Shown here: piece by piece, positions 1 to 9,551 of the stretch | How the letters are laid out: each line of letters begins with the position of its first letter | How positions within the stretch are numbered: the stretch's first letter is position 1 | NCBI GenBank assembly: GCA_947574235.1 | Contig: CANPIU010000004.1 | Span: 1-55,284, forward strand | Reading direction: 5' to 3' | Origin: an uncultured Clostridium sp. | GTDB lineage: Bacteria > Bacillota > Clostridia > TANB77 > CAG-508 | Length of the DNA stretch: 55,284 nt | Made by a program: the position numbers and the translations under genes | The notes under the pieces: model-generated | What the model saw: the letters and a program-made list of their open reading frames with translations, nothing else | The model's database searches: none | Told to the model about the DNA's origin: nothing

Positions 1-797
1 GACCAAATGGAGCAGGAAAAACGACTACGATTAAGTTAATATTAGGATTGCAAAGTATTACACAAGGAAGGGTTTCGATTAATGGTTATGATATTGAAAA
101 GCAGTTTACGAAGGCAATAGAAAAAGTAGGTGCTATTGTGGAAAATCCAGATTTGTATATGTATCTATCTGGTTATGATAATTTAAAGTTGATAGCCAAT
201 TTGTATCCTAAGATTACTACTAAACGAATTGATGAAGTAGTAAAGTTAGTCAAATTAGAAAATAGAATCAAAGACAAGGTTTCGAAGTATTCTTTGGGGA
301 TGAGGCAAAGGTTAGGAATTGCACAGGCTATTTTGCATAAACCAGATTTATTGATTTTAGATGAACCAACCAATGGATTAGACCCAGAAGGAATAAAAGA
401 AATGAGAGAATTGCTACTAGATTTAGCGCAAAAAGAGAAAATGGCAATTTTGATTTCTAGCCATAATCTAGCAGAGTTAGATACACTATGTAATAAAGTT
501 TGCATCATTAAAAATGGAGAAATTATTGAGACAAGTGATATTTCAGGAATTAAGCAAGAAACAGGAAAAGAGTTTAAGATTTTTGAAGTAGAAGATAGTA
601 AAAGAGCAAAAGAACTGTTACCAGAAGCGATTGGTATTAACAAAACACAATTCAAATTAGGGATTCCAAAAGAGAAAGTACCAGAAGTTATTGCGAAACT
701 AGTAGAAAATCAAATTAAAATTTATGAAGTAAAAACAGAAGAAAAAACATTAGAGCAAGCATTTTTTGAAAAGACAGGGGGGAATAACATTGAGTAA
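1..797 (+). CDS. ABC transporter ATP-binding protein; 5' end lies outside the window
   Basis: The frame is open from base 3 and reads PNGAGKTT (Walker A) at the window edge. Downstream: YSLGMRQRLGIAQ (ABC signature), LLILDEPTNGLD (Walker B), SSHNL (H-loop). The ORF-track start at 48 is only the first start-like codon in the window. Confidence 0.9.
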   Translation, partial: PNGAGKTTTIKLILGLQSITQGRVSINGYDIEKQFTKAIEKVGAIVENPDLYMYLSGYDNLKLIANLYPKITTKRIDEVVKLVKLENRIKDKVSKYSLGMRQRLGIAQAILHKPDLLILDEPTNGLDPEGIKEMRELLLDLAQKEKMAILISSHNLAELDTLCNKVCIIKNGEIIETSDISGIKQETGKEFKIFEVEDSKRAKELLPEAIGINKTQFKLGIPKEKVPEVIAKLVENQIKIYEVKTEEKTLEQAFFEKTGGNNIE

Positions 798-2250
798 ATT
801 AATAAAAAATGAATTAACCAAAATCTTTAAAAAGAAAAGTCTTTATATTACTTTATTTGTCGTGTTAGCTTTTGTTATTTTAACGAATTGTATTTACAAA
901 TTTTTCTATTCTACAGGAAATTATGATGAATATAGTGACAGTTATATTCAATATAGTAAAGAAGAAATTGCAAAGCTAGACCCGAATAAACCAAGTGATA
1001 CTAAAATGTATATTGGATTGAAAACAACACTAGATATTTATGACATGAGGCAAAAATATGAAGCAGACAGTTGGCAAAGAAGTGTTTTAGCCAATCAAGT
1101 GGCGAATTATGTTGATGAAAGAAATACCTATCTATATGGGGAAAATAAAGACAGTCAAAAGGCTGACAAAATAGAACAAGAATTAGGCAAAATTCTTGAA
1201 AAACTAGACCAAGGAGATTGGCGCTATTTTGCCCAAAATGAATTAGAACAAGCCAAAACAAATTTAGAAAGTTTAGAAGAGCAAAAAGCAAGTACAGAGG
1301 ATAAGCAAGAACTACAAGCCTTAGAATTGGGAATTCAAAATGCAAAAATAGACCAAGAAGTAGCTAAAATTCGTATGGATAAAGATATCCCCTATGGAAA
1401 TGATTTTAGAAACAGAGCATTAAATACCTATCAAAGTGAAGCTAAAAATGTAATCAGTATGGAAAGTAGTACACAAGAATTAGATTATAAAGGAAAGCAA
1501 GAAAAGAATAACAGTATTGAAAAAAGAGAAATCAATCGATATATTTTAGAGAATAATGTAGATATCAATAAATCCAATGACGTAAGAGGCATTTTGAAAG
1601 ACGTATTTAGTGAATATGGTTTATTTATTATTGTTATGATTGTTATGATAGCAGGAACGATTGTAAGTGAGGAATTCAATAAAGGAACGATTAAATTGTT
1701 GTTAGTAAAACCATACGACAGAAGAAAAATATTACTCGCTAAATTTATTACTGTTTTGATTATGATACTATTTTCTATTGTAGCAGTGATTGTGATGGAA
1801 TTGCTAGTTGGAGGCATAATCTTTGGATGGAGCAGTTTATCTGTCCCTATTTTGGAATATAATTTTGTAACGCAAAGCTTAGAAACGATGAATATATTTA
1901 CGTATTTAGGCATTGAAATTTTAACTCAATTACCAAAGCTTATATTACTTGCAACCCTTGCTTTTGCTTGTAGTACCTTGTTTACCAACAGTGCAGTGGC
2001 AATTGCAATTCCATTATTGGGTTATATGTCAGCCGATATGATTAATCTGTTAGTAATCCAATATAAAGTAGAGTTTATGAAGTTTTTTGTTAGTTTAAAT
2101 TGGGATTTTAAAGAATACTTATTTGGTAATTTGCCAAGTATGGAAGGATTGACGTTAGGATTTTCAATGGTAATTTGTGCTTTGTACTTTATCGTAATGC
2201 TAATACCAACTTTTGTTGCTTTTAAAAAGAAAAATATTAAGAATATTTAG
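790..2250 (+). CDS. ABC-2 type transporter permease with a long charged extracytoplasmic insert
   Basis: ORF 766..2250 with one N-terminal TM helix and about five C-terminal TM helices. It overlaps the ATPase stop (795-797). TTG at 790, preceded by a G-run at 777-782, is preferred over TTG at 766; the start is uncertain. Confidence 0.7.
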   Translation: MSKLIKNELTKIFKKKSLYITLFVVLAFVILTNCIYKFFYSTGNYDEYSDSYIQYSKEEIAKLDPNKPSDTKMYIGLKTTLDIYDMRQKYEADSWQRSVLANQVANYVDERNTYLYGENKDSQKADKIEQELGKILEKLDQGDWRYFAQNELEQAKTNLESLEEQKASTEDKQELQALELGIQNAKIDQEVAKIRMDKDIPYGNDFRNRALNTYQSEAKNVISMESSTQELDYKGKQEKNNSIEKREINRYILENNVDINKSNDVRGILKDVFSEYGLFIIVMIVMIAGTIVSEEFNKGTIKLLLVKPYDRRKILLAKFITVLIMILFSIVAVIVMELLVGGIIFGWSSLSVPILEYNFVTQSLETMNIFTYLGIEILTQLPKLILLATLAFACSTLFTNSAVAIAIPLLGYMSADMINLLVIQYKVEFMKFFVSLNWDFKEYLFGNLPSMEGLTLGFSMVICALYFIVMLIPTFVAFKKKNIKNI

Positions 2251-2253
2251 AAA

Positions 2254-2288
2254 ATAGAGATTTTGAGGGGATTCCTTGAAATCTCTAT
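2254..2288 (+). terminator. Hairpin after the ABC operon
   Basis: Perfect 10-bp stem: atagagattt (2254-2263) pairs with aaatctctat (2279-2288), just after the stop at 2250. The 3' tail is AT-rich but not a clean T-run. Confidence 0.5.
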
Positions 2289-2295
2289 TAAAATA

Positions 2296-2324
2296 TTGAT
2301 TGATGGAGAAAAAAGGTATATAAT
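2296..2324 (+). promoter_or_regulatory. Sigma-A type promoter for the 2356 gene
   Basis: TTGATT (2296-2301), 17-nt spacer, TATAAT (2319-2324), followed by a GGGGGA RBS before the ATG at 2356. Confidence 0.5.
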
Positions 2325-2355
2325 AGCAAGCAGAAAGAATAAGGGGGAATAAAAT

Positions 2356-3030
2356 ATGGAGACAAAAATAATTGGAGAAACTTTGCCAGCTGTTGTTTGT
2401 AAATTGAAAAAGGGAGAATCTATCCTAACAGAAAATGGTGGTATGAGTTGGATGGATAATGGAATTGAAATGAAAACAACTACCAATGGAGGCATTATGA
2501 AAGGAATTGGAAGAGCGTTTGCAGGTGAATCACTATTTATGAACGTTTATACCGCGGAAAAAGATGACGTAGAAATTGGATTTTCTTCTTGTTTCCCAGG
2601 TCAAATATTAGAATTTGACTTAAAAGAAGGAGAAACCATCATTGCTCAAAAACGTGCTTTTCTTTGTTCTGAGAATACAGTAGATATTGCGATGCAATTT
2701 CGTAAAAAATTAGGTGCAGGTTTTTTTGGGGGAGAAGGCTTTATTATGCAAAAAATAACAGGACCAGGAAAAGTGTTTTTAGAAATTGATGGCTCCGTAG
2801 TAAAAAGAGAGTTACAAGCGGGAGAAAAATTAAAGGTTGACAATGGCTATGTAGCAGCTATGACAAAGGAGGTACAATTAAATATTGAAACGGTAAAAGG
2901 TGTAAAAAATATTGTTTTTGGAGGAGAAGGTTTATTTTTAACAACTTTGGAAGGACCTGGAACGGTATGGCTACAAACAATGCCTATTTCAAAATTGTCA
3001 AGTTTATTATACATGGGAACAGCAAGATAA
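2356..3030 (+). CDS. TIGR00266 / AIM24 (DUF124) family protein
   Basis: 224-aa ORF with a good RBS. The family call is from recall of the sequence style (GESLFMNVY..., FGGEGFIMQKITGPG..., GGEGLFLTTLEGPGTVWLQ). Confidence 0.6.
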   Translation: METKIIGETLPAVVCKLKKGESILTENGGMSWMDNGIEMKTTTNGGIMKGIGRAFAGESLFMNVYTAEKDDVEIGFSSCFPGQILEFDLKEGETIIAQKRAFLCSENTVDIAMQFRKKLGAGFFGGEGFIMQKITGPGKVFLEIDGSVVKRELQAGEKLKVDNGYVAAMTKEVQLNIETVKGVKNIVFGGEGLFLTTLEGPGTVWLQTMPISKLSSLLYMGTAR

Positions 3031-3137
3031 TTGAATAGGGAGAAATACTTTTGTTCTTGAAGGTATTTTTTCTTTTAATAAGGGAATACAATTAACTTAG
3101 AAAAAATAAGATTAAGATAAAGGAAGGAGAAATTAAA

Positions 3138-3758
3138 ATGAAAGTAATTTTAGTAAATGGAAGTCCACACGAAAAGGGGTGTACTTATACAGCTTTAAAA
3201 GAGGTAGCAGGAAGTTTAGAGAAAAATGGAATAGAAACCGAAATGTTTTGGCTAGGAAATAAGCCAGTATCAGGTTGTATTGGATGCGGAAGTTGTTTAA
3301 AGACAGGGAAGTGCTTTATGCAAGATAAGGTAAATGAATTTTTAGCTAAAGTACCAGAAACAGATGGCTTTATCTTTGGCACACCAGTTCACTTTGCGGC
3401 AAGTTCAGGGATGTTATCTTCTTTTATGGACCGTGTTTTTTATGGTAGAAGAAATTTGTTTAGTCATAAGCCAGCTTCAGCAGTAGCTAGTTGTAGAAGG
3501 GGAGGAGCAACAGCTACTTTAGATGAAGTGAATAAATATTTTGGGATTAGTAATATGCCAATTGTATCATCGCAATATTGGAATATGGTACATGGAACAA
3601 AACCAGAAGAAGTAGTAAAAGACGAAGAAGGGATGCAAACAATGAGAACGTTAGGAAATAATATGGCATGGCTACTAAAATCCATAGAAGCAGGAAAAAA
3701 AGCAGGAATTGAATTACCAAACAATGAAAAAGTAGTAGCAACCAACTTCATCAGGTAA
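3138..3758 (+). CDS. Flavodoxin-like NAD(P)H-dependent FMN reductase / iron-sulfur flavoprotein
   Basis: MKVILVNGSPHEKGCTY N-terminus, CIGCGSCLKTGKC cysteine cluster, GGAGAA RBS. Confidence 0.75.
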   Translation: MKVILVNGSPHEKGCTYTALKEVAGSLEKNGIETEMFWLGNKPVSGCIGCGSCLKTGKCFMQDKVNEFLAKVPETDGFIFGTPVHFAASSGMLSSFMDRVFYGRRNLFSHKPASAVASCRRGGATATLDEVNKYFGISNMPIVSSQYWNMVHGTKPEEVVKDEEGMQTMRTLGNNMAWLLKSIEAGKKAGIELPNNEKVVATNFIR

Positions 3759-3769
3759 CACAGCGGGCA

Positions 3770-3934
3770 GACTTTGAAAGGTTTTGAGACAGGGGGCAGG
3801 CTTTGAGACAAGGGGGACAGGTCTTATTTGTCTCATTTTTATCTTTTTAGAAAAGTCATTTTCCAATAATGGTAAAATTTATTAAAATGAGACAAATAAG
3901 ACCTGTCCCTCCTGTCTCAAAACCTTTCAAAGTC
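3770..3934. repeat. About 165-bp imperfect palindrome of the GGGACA/TGAGACA element family (copy A)
   Basis: The right arm (3884-3934) is the reverse complement of gactttgaaaggttttgagacagg...gggacaggtcttatttgtctcatttt (3770-3839). The left arm carries an extra internal partial duplication of about 18-20 nt (gggcaggctttgagacaa). The loop is about 44 nt. Confidence 0.85.
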
Positions 3935-3948
3935 AAAAACCTTAATAC

Positions 3949-3977
3949 TTGCTATTTATTAGAAATAAGGGTATAAT
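3949..3977 (+). promoter_or_regulatory. Sigma-A type promoter for the 4008 gene
   Basis: TTGCTA (3949-3954), 17-nt spacer, TATAAT (3972-3977), then a GAGGAG RBS. Confidence 0.5.
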
Positions 3978-4007
3978 GAGAGCAAATAAAAGAAGAGGAG
4001 AAAAGAA

Positions 4008-4847
4008 ATGAGGAAGAAAGTTAGAGATTTAATGTTAAAAATTACTATGGTAGTTCTTATGATAAGTTGTATTTATACTGCTTACAGTAAAGTGCAAGCA
4101 GCAGTAGACACCAAGGTGCTACAAGAACAAATGGAGTATTATGCCAAGAATATAGATGGCAATTCGATTACAAAAGAGGAAGTTTTAAAGGTATATGATG
4201 CTATTAGTGAAGAATATTCGCCAGAGGATATAGCAGATATCCTAGAAGAAAATGCAAAGGAAATACAAGCACAAGGAGTAGACCAAGAATTAATTAAGGC
4301 GGGGACTAATTTTATTCGAACTACGGACGAAAAAGAGATTAGAAAGATAATAGAAAATGATATTGATTTTGAAGAAATTCAAGAAAAGATAGAAAAGGGA
4401 TATAATGCAGAAGAAATACTAAGTAGTGTAGTACAAGAGATGCCAAACGAAAAAAAGGTAGAAATAGCAACCAAAGTAGTGTTATCTAATAAAATCATTA
4501 AAACAATAGTAATAGTACTAGTGGTTCTTTTTATCTATGGAACGCTTCTTAGATGGAGAATTTATACGAAAGCAGGAAAACCAGGTTGGGCAGCCATCAT
4601 ACCAGTGTATAGACAAGTTGTAATGTATCAAGTATGTGGTTTGTCACCATGGCTTATGTTATTATGGTTAGTACCAATTTTGGGTTGGTTAGGGATAGCT
4701 ATTGTTGCTATTATGAAAAGATTTTGTTTGGCAAAAGAATTTGGAAGAGGTAGTTTGTTTGGCTTTGGTTTGTTATTTTTACCCGTTATTTTCCAAAGTA
4801 TCATAGCTTTTCATCCAGCGATACAAAAGACAGAGAAGGAAGAGTAA
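4008..4847 (+). CDS. Membrane protein with a DUF5684-like C-terminal domain
   Basis: N-terminal signal/TM segment, an acidic helical middle, and a C-terminal RWRIYTKAGKPGWAAIIPVY...GLLFLPVIF multi-TM region typical of DUF5684 (from recall). Confidence 0.6.
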   Translation: MRKKVRDLMLKITMVVLMISCIYTAYSKVQAAVDTKVLQEQMEYYAKNIDGNSITKEEVLKVYDAISEEYSPEDIADILEENAKEIQAQGVDQELIKAGTNFIRTTDEKEIRKIIENDIDFEEIQEKIEKGYNAEEILSSVVQEMPNEKKVEIATKVVLSNKIIKTIVIVLVVLFIYGTLLRWRIYTKAGKPGWAAIIPVYRQVVMYQVCGLSPWLMLLWLVPILGWLGIAIVAIMKRFCLAKEFGRGSLFGFGLLFLPVIFQSIIAFHPAIQKTEKEE

Positions 4848-4848
4848 A

Positions 4849-5613
4849 ATGGACAAAAGAGGGAAGATAGGTGTTTTTGATTCTGGTATCGGAGGGGTAA
4901 CCGTGCTACGCGAAATTGTCAAAGTCTTACCAGAAGAAAATTATATATATTATAGCGATTCTAAAAATAATCCTTATGGCGATAAAACAACAAAAGAGGT
5001 ACAACGCTTATGCGATGAGATTGTACAAGAATTTATGAAGAAAGATTGTAAAGCCATTGTGATAGCTTGTAATACAGCTAGTAACAAGGCAGTACAATTT
5101 TTAAGAAACAAATATCCAGAAATGATTTTTATTGCGATAGAACCAGCTTATAAAATGGTACATGATTATGCTCATGATAAGGAAACTTTAGTAATGGCAA
5201 CAAAAGGTACGATTCAAAGTGAAAAATTCCATCTGCTATTGAAAAAATATGATAATCACAGGACTTTTTTGTTGCCTTGTGTGGGTTTAGCTGATAGAAT
5301 AGAACAAGGAAATGAAAAAGAAATTAAAGAATATTTGAAAGAACGATTGAAAGATTATAAAGGCAGAGTGGAAAATGTTGTTTTAGGTTGTACCCATTAT
5401 CCTTTGATACAAAATGAAATACAAGAGGTATTAGGAAGCGTTCGATTTTTTAATGGTTCTTCTAGTTTAGCCAAACATTTGAAGGAAGTTCTGCAAGAAC
5501 AAGACTTATTAAATGAGGGAGAGGGAAACATAGAATTTATGGCTTCACAAGACTTAGAGGAAAAGCAAAGAAGATTTTTTGAATTGTTAAATAGAAATAA
5601 GGAGGATAACTAA
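4849..5613 (+). CDS. murI: Glutamate racemase
   Basis: VFDSGIGGVTVL, IACNTAS and LGCTHYP motifs, including the two catalytic Cys motifs. Confidence 0.9.
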   Translation: MDKRGKIGVFDSGIGGVTVLREIVKVLPEENYIYYSDSKNNPYGDKTTKEVQRLCDEIVQEFMKKDCKAIVIACNTASNKAVQFLRNKYPEMIFIAIEPAYKMVHDYAHDKETLVMATKGTIQSEKFHLLLKKYDNHRTFLLPCVGLADRIEQGNEKEIKEYLKERLKDYKGRVENVVLGCTHYPLIQNEIQEVLGSVRFFNGSSSLAKHLKEVLQEQDLLNEGEGNIEFMASQDLEEKQRRFFELLNRNKEDN

Positions 5614-5614
5614 A

Positions 5615-5818
5615 ATGAGAAACAAAGGAGAAAGAGGCTCAGCTACTTTATTAGTTGTTGGAAGTTGCATGGTTATTATTGCTGTGATGGTAGCTTTTAT
5701 GATGAATATGGAGAATAAAAAACAAGCACAAGAAAAAGAAATCGATAGAATTACCAAAAGTTATGAACAGAATGAGCAAGATATGGAAAGAGCCTATACA
5801 GGGGATTTGGAAAAATAA
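5615..5818 (+). CDS. Small membrane protein with a PilX-N/ComGG-like N-terminus
   Basis: 67 aa. ERGSATLLVVGSCMVIIAVMV resembles the (E/Q)RGSxL hydrophobic N-terminus of minor pseudopilins. Abuts murI and the first pilin-like gene. Confidence 0.45.
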   Translation: MRNKGERGSATLLVVGSCMVIIAVMVAFMMNMENKKQAQEKEIDRITKSYEQNEQDMERAYTGDLEK

Positions 5819-5839
5819 TTAATGAAAAGAGGGATAAAA

Positions 5840-7162
5840 ATGAAACACAAAAATAATCAAAATGGAATTACGTTAATTGTAGTAATAATATTAATCGTTG
5901 CATTATTAATACTAGTAGGAGTAGGAATAACAATCTTGATAAAAAAGAATGGAATGCAAACTAAAGTGAATGATGCCAAAACACAAGAAATAGCAGGCTC
6001 AGAAAGAGAGAAAAAAGAGGTAAAAACCAAAAAAAGAGAATTGGAATATTGGGAAATTACAACTGTAAAGGACAAGGAATGGTATAGCTACCAAAAAGAT
6101 AAAATAGAAGGACCAAAATTAAAAGGAGAAATGGTTCCAATCAAATATATAGGAGAAAGCCAAGAAGGAAATAAATGGGCCAATAGTATGACAGCAGATG
6201 GTAGTATGTTTGTATGGATACCAAGATATGCCTATAAAATAACAGAAGGATATCATAGTGAAGATGAAGGAACAATAGAAGTAGCATTTATAAGTACAGA
6301 AAATAATTTTTTAAATGACGAAACAGGAGAAATTACAACAAATCCAAGCGAAGAAGGAGCAGGAACAACAAAATGGTTAGTACATCCAGCTTTTACATCA
6401 AATGCGAGCAATGGAGGAGGCTTTGGAGAATTAGAGGGATTGTGGATAGGAAAATTTAAGGCAACGGGAACCGAGACAAATTTAAGTGTACAACCAGGAG
6501 AAAAAATCCTATGCAATATGACAATCAATGCTCAATATCAACTGGCAAAAGAAAGTACTTTCGGAGAAAATGAAAGTATCAATAGTCATATGGCAAAAAA
6601 TAGTGAATGGGGAGCAATTGTGTATTTAGGACATAGTAAATATGGAACCAATGGAAAAAAGATAGAAAATAATGAGAGCGAGAGTGAGGATTTTTACACG
6701 GGAGGAAGCAATAATAAAAAGACTATATATACTACAAATAAGTTACAAAGTACAACTCATAATGCGACAGGAGTATATGATTTGTATGGAGGAGCATGGG
6801 AATATGTGGCATCATATGTTGATAATGGTGGCAAAAAATTAAGTGAGAATGGTGGAACTAAAAGAGGCGATTTATATGGAGAGACAAAAGAAGAAAGAAT
6901 GACGAGCACAGCTTATAAAATGGTATATGATGGAATAAATGATGATTATTATAAAGATTATGAGGACGCTAAAAAATATAAAGGAGATGCTGTGTATGAG
7001 ACTTCTGCTGTAGTGCATCCAAGTGCATCATGGTTTGGGGAACGAGCTTTGTTTCCTAATTCAGTAGGTCCATTTTTTAACCGCACAGGTGCTTTTGCTT
7101 TTCTTAGTTACTATGGTTATAATCATAAGGCGGGTTCATTCCGCCCAGTATTAGCATTTTAA
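5840..7162 (+). CDS. Pilin-leader-like protein with a C-terminal FGE-sulfatase-like (C-type lectin fold) domain, divergent paralog 1
   Basis: ORF 5822..7162; ATG 5840 has the AGAGGG RBS. N-terminus is NQNG/ITLIVVIILIVALLIL. C-terminal motifs: WIPRYAYK, HPAF, LWIGKFKAT, NSEWGAIVYL, GVYDLYGGAWEYVA, SFRPVLAF. Confidence 0.65.
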   Translation: MKHKNNQNGITLIVVIILIVALLILVGVGITILIKKNGMQTKVNDAKTQEIAGSEREKKEVKTKKRELEYWEITTVKDKEWYSYQKDKIEGPKLKGEMVPIKYIGESQEGNKWANSMTADGSMFVWIPRYAYKITEGYHSEDEGTIEVAFISTENNFLNDETGEITTNPSEEGAGTTKWLVHPAFTSNASNGGGFGELEGLWIGKFKATGTETNLSVQPGEKILCNMTINAQYQLAKESTFGENESINSHMAKNSEWGAIVYLGHSKYGTNGKKIENNESESEDFYTGGSNNKKTIYTTNKLQSTTHNATGVYDLYGGAWEYVASYVDNGGKKLSENGGTKRGDLYGETKEERMTSTAYKMVYDGINDDYYKDYEDAKKYKGDAVYETSAVVHPSASWFGERALFPNSVGPFFNRTGAFAFLSYYGYNHKAGSFRPVLAF

Positions 7163-7271
7163 AATAGTTGTTCAACAATAAGAGGGACTTTTTGTTTTGC
7201 GTGGGCGAGGAGACTATCATAAAAGAGTTGTAATTTTTGGTTATTACCATATTTTAACAACTCTTTTTTTA

Positions 7272-7700
7272 TTACAAGTATTTTTTCAATTGTTCTACAG
7301 TATCTTCTTGAAATTGAACGAATTCAGTTAAAATATTTTTAACAGGTTCATCTGTAGTTGGATTGTGGTTTAAAAGTTTAACACCTTTAATAATACCCAT
7401 GTTAGTTCCTTGTAGCATCATTTCTGCAATTTTAGAAGTACTTTTGTCATCCATCGTATTGAATTCTACACTCATCCATCCCATTGCTTTTTGCATAGGA
7501 TTTAATTCTTTAGGAAAATCATCATAATTTGTTAATTGGGTATTCACCTTATTTAAAATATCGTTATATTTATCGTATTGAAATTTTAAATCCTTTTTGA
7601 AGTTGTCATCTTGTACTTTTTCAGAAACATTAGAAATAGAATCCATTCCCATTTTAATTCCTTTGTTGATTTCATTTAAAATATAGCCTGGACTATCCAT
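7272..7700 (-). CDS. Hypothetical helical protein (possibly a ferritin-like four-helix bundle)
   Basis: ORF 7272..7772. ATG at 7700 is preceded by a GGAGGTATAAAT RBS. No confident family assignment. Confidence 0.55.
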   Translation of the reverse strand: MDSPGYILNEINKGIKMGMDSISNVSEKVQDDNFKKDLKFQYDKYNDILNKVNTQLTNYDDFPKELNPMQKAMGWMSVEFNTMDDKSTSKIAEMMLQGTNMGIIKGVKLLNHNPTTDEPVKNILTEFVQFQEDTVEQLKKYL

Positions 7701-7885
7701 ATTTATACCTCCTTTATTTTTAATAATATAACCAAAAAAATGAAAAATATTTATTGAAAATTCAATTGACAAAACACAAATACTTATGTATGATAAATGC
7801 GGTTAGCATATTAAAAACACAAACTAAATGTAAGAATAAAAAATTAATATAGGTAAAAACTAAAGAAAATGAGAGGAGAAAACAG

Positions 7886-9466
7886 ATGGACAAACAGAAA
7901 GGAATTACGCTAATTGCATTAGTAATTACGATTATTGTATTATTAATTTTAGCGGGAATAAGCATTGCAAGTTTAACGGGAGAAAATGGAATACTAGGTA
8001 AAGCACAAACAGCAGGAGAAAAAACAAAGGAAGTAGGAGCTAAAGAAAAAGTACAAGTAGCCGTGATAGGAAGTTATGGAGAAGATGGAAAACTTAATCA
8101 TAATGAATTAAAAGTGAACTTAGATAAAGTGGAAGGTATCGATAGATCTACAGTACCACCAATTATAACAGAAGATAGTTTTGACCTAATTGTAAGAGTT
8201 GACAGCTATCATGTAGTAATTAAGAAAAATGGAGAAGTAATTATAGAAGAAGCACCAATCATATCTGATAAACCAAATACAGAAGGAAAATGGGATGGAG
8301 AGGTAAATAGTCCAAAACTTGCAGAAGACATGACAGCCGTATATTGGAAAGAAGATGGAACAGAAGTAACAGGAGAAAATTGGTATAACTATAAAGCAGG
8401 AGATAATCAAAGAGATACAAAGAATAGTAAATGGGCAAATGCAAAGACAGAAGATGGAAGTTATTGGGTGTGGATACCAAGATATGAATATAAAATCTTA
8501 AGTGGAGAAGGAACAAGTACAGCAGGAAAAATAGATGTGAAATTTATACCAACAAGCCAGACAACACCAGATGAAGGCTATAAAATTCATCCAGCTTTCC
8601 AAGATGGAACTAATAATAACTTTAAGAATGGAGAATGGGATAGTGAGCTTTCTGGAATATGGGTAGCAAAATATGAAGCAAGTAGAAGTGATGCTAGCAT
8701 AAGTTCAGCAGGAAGTAGTAATACGATGAAAGTAGTGCCAAATGTACACAGTTGGACAAATATTCAAATAGGAGATATGTATGAAAAAGCATATGATTAT
8801 GATAGAGAAAAAGAGAGTCATTTAATGAAAAACAGTGAGTGGGGAGCAGTGGCATACTTAACGCAAAGTCAATATGGAAGAAATGGACATGAGATAGATA
8901 TTAATAATAGTAGTACTTTCATAACAGGAAATGGAGGAGGAACTACTAATGCAAGCGAAGCATCAGGAGTGACAAATGCCTATAATACAGAAGCTGGACC
9001 AAGAGCAAGTACCACAGGAAATATTTCTGGAATTTATGATTTATCAGGAGGAGCATGGGAGTATGTAGCAGCTTTTATCAGCAACGGGGATACTAGCTTG
9101 TCCTCTTATGGAGGAAAGCTATCAGAAGGAAAGACAGTAGCAAATCTAACAGGATATACTAATTTAAGTAATAAATATGCAACGGTATATCCATACAATT
9201 CTTCAAGTGATACAAATGCTAATAATTATACAGCTTATAAAAATACGGGGTATGGTTACGCAGATGCAGTCTTAGAAAGTTCTCCAAATGGGGTTGGCAA
9301 CATGAGTTGGCACGAAAACTGGTCTTATTTTCCGTGCACAGTTGGTCCATTTTTCATGCGTGGAGGCGATTTTGGTAATGAAACTAAATCTGGTGTTTTC
9401 GGCTTTGGTAATACTCCTGGAGAGGTTGGAAATAGGCATTCGTTCCGCCCAGTACTAGTATTTTAG
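7886..9466 (+). CDS. Pilin-leader-like / FGE-sulfatase-like domain protein, tandem paralog 2
   Basis: MDKQKG/ITLIALVITIIVLLILAGISIASLTGENGIL. Motifs: WVWIPRYEYK, IWVAKYEAS, NSEWGAVAYLTQSQYG, GIYDLSGGAWEYVA, FMRGGDF, SFRPVLVF. GAGAGGAG RBS. Confidence 0.7.
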   Translation: MDKQKGITLIALVITIIVLLILAGISIASLTGENGILGKAQTAGEKTKEVGAKEKVQVAVIGSYGEDGKLNHNELKVNLDKVEGIDRSTVPPIITEDSFDLIVRVDSYHVVIKKNGEVIIEEAPIISDKPNTEGKWDGEVNSPKLAEDMTAVYWKEDGTEVTGENWYNYKAGDNQRDTKNSKWANAKTEDGSYWVWIPRYEYKILSGEGTSTAGKIDVKFIPTSQTTPDEGYKIHPAFQDGTNNNFKNGEWDSELSGIWVAKYEASRSDASISSAGSSNTMKVVPNVHSWTNIQIGDMYEKAYDYDREKESHLMKNSEWGAVAYLTQSQYGRNGHEIDINNSSTFITGNGGGTTNASEASGVTNAYNTEAGPRASTTGNISGIYDLSGGAWEYVAAFISNGDTSLSSYGGKLSEGKTVANLTGYTNLSNKYATVYPYNSSSDTNANNYTAYKNTGYGYADAVLESSPNGVGNMSWHENWSYFPCTVGPFFMRGGDFGNETKSGVFGFGNTPGEVGNRHSFRPVLVF

Positions 9467-9551
9467 TATGATAGAGATAAAAGGGAGAGTTATTAAATGA
9501 GAATAAAATAAGAAGAAGTGTAAAAACTAAAGAAAAATAGGAGGAAAAGAG

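Noticed and set aside
173-655. Antisense and alternative-frame ORFs in the track. Examples: 173..655, 1001..1345, 1485..1913, 3464..3811, 8186..8516, 9852..10191, 10918..11136, 20179..20763, 20558..20926, 23413..23777, 25317..25694, 35798..36136, 36396..36944, 37071..37427, 45941..46297, 50899..51171, 53080..53413
   Set aside because: Each lies inside or opposite a strongly supported gene. They have low-complexity or Leu/Ile/Phe/Ser-rich composition typical of AT-rich shadow ORFs, and they lack RBS support.
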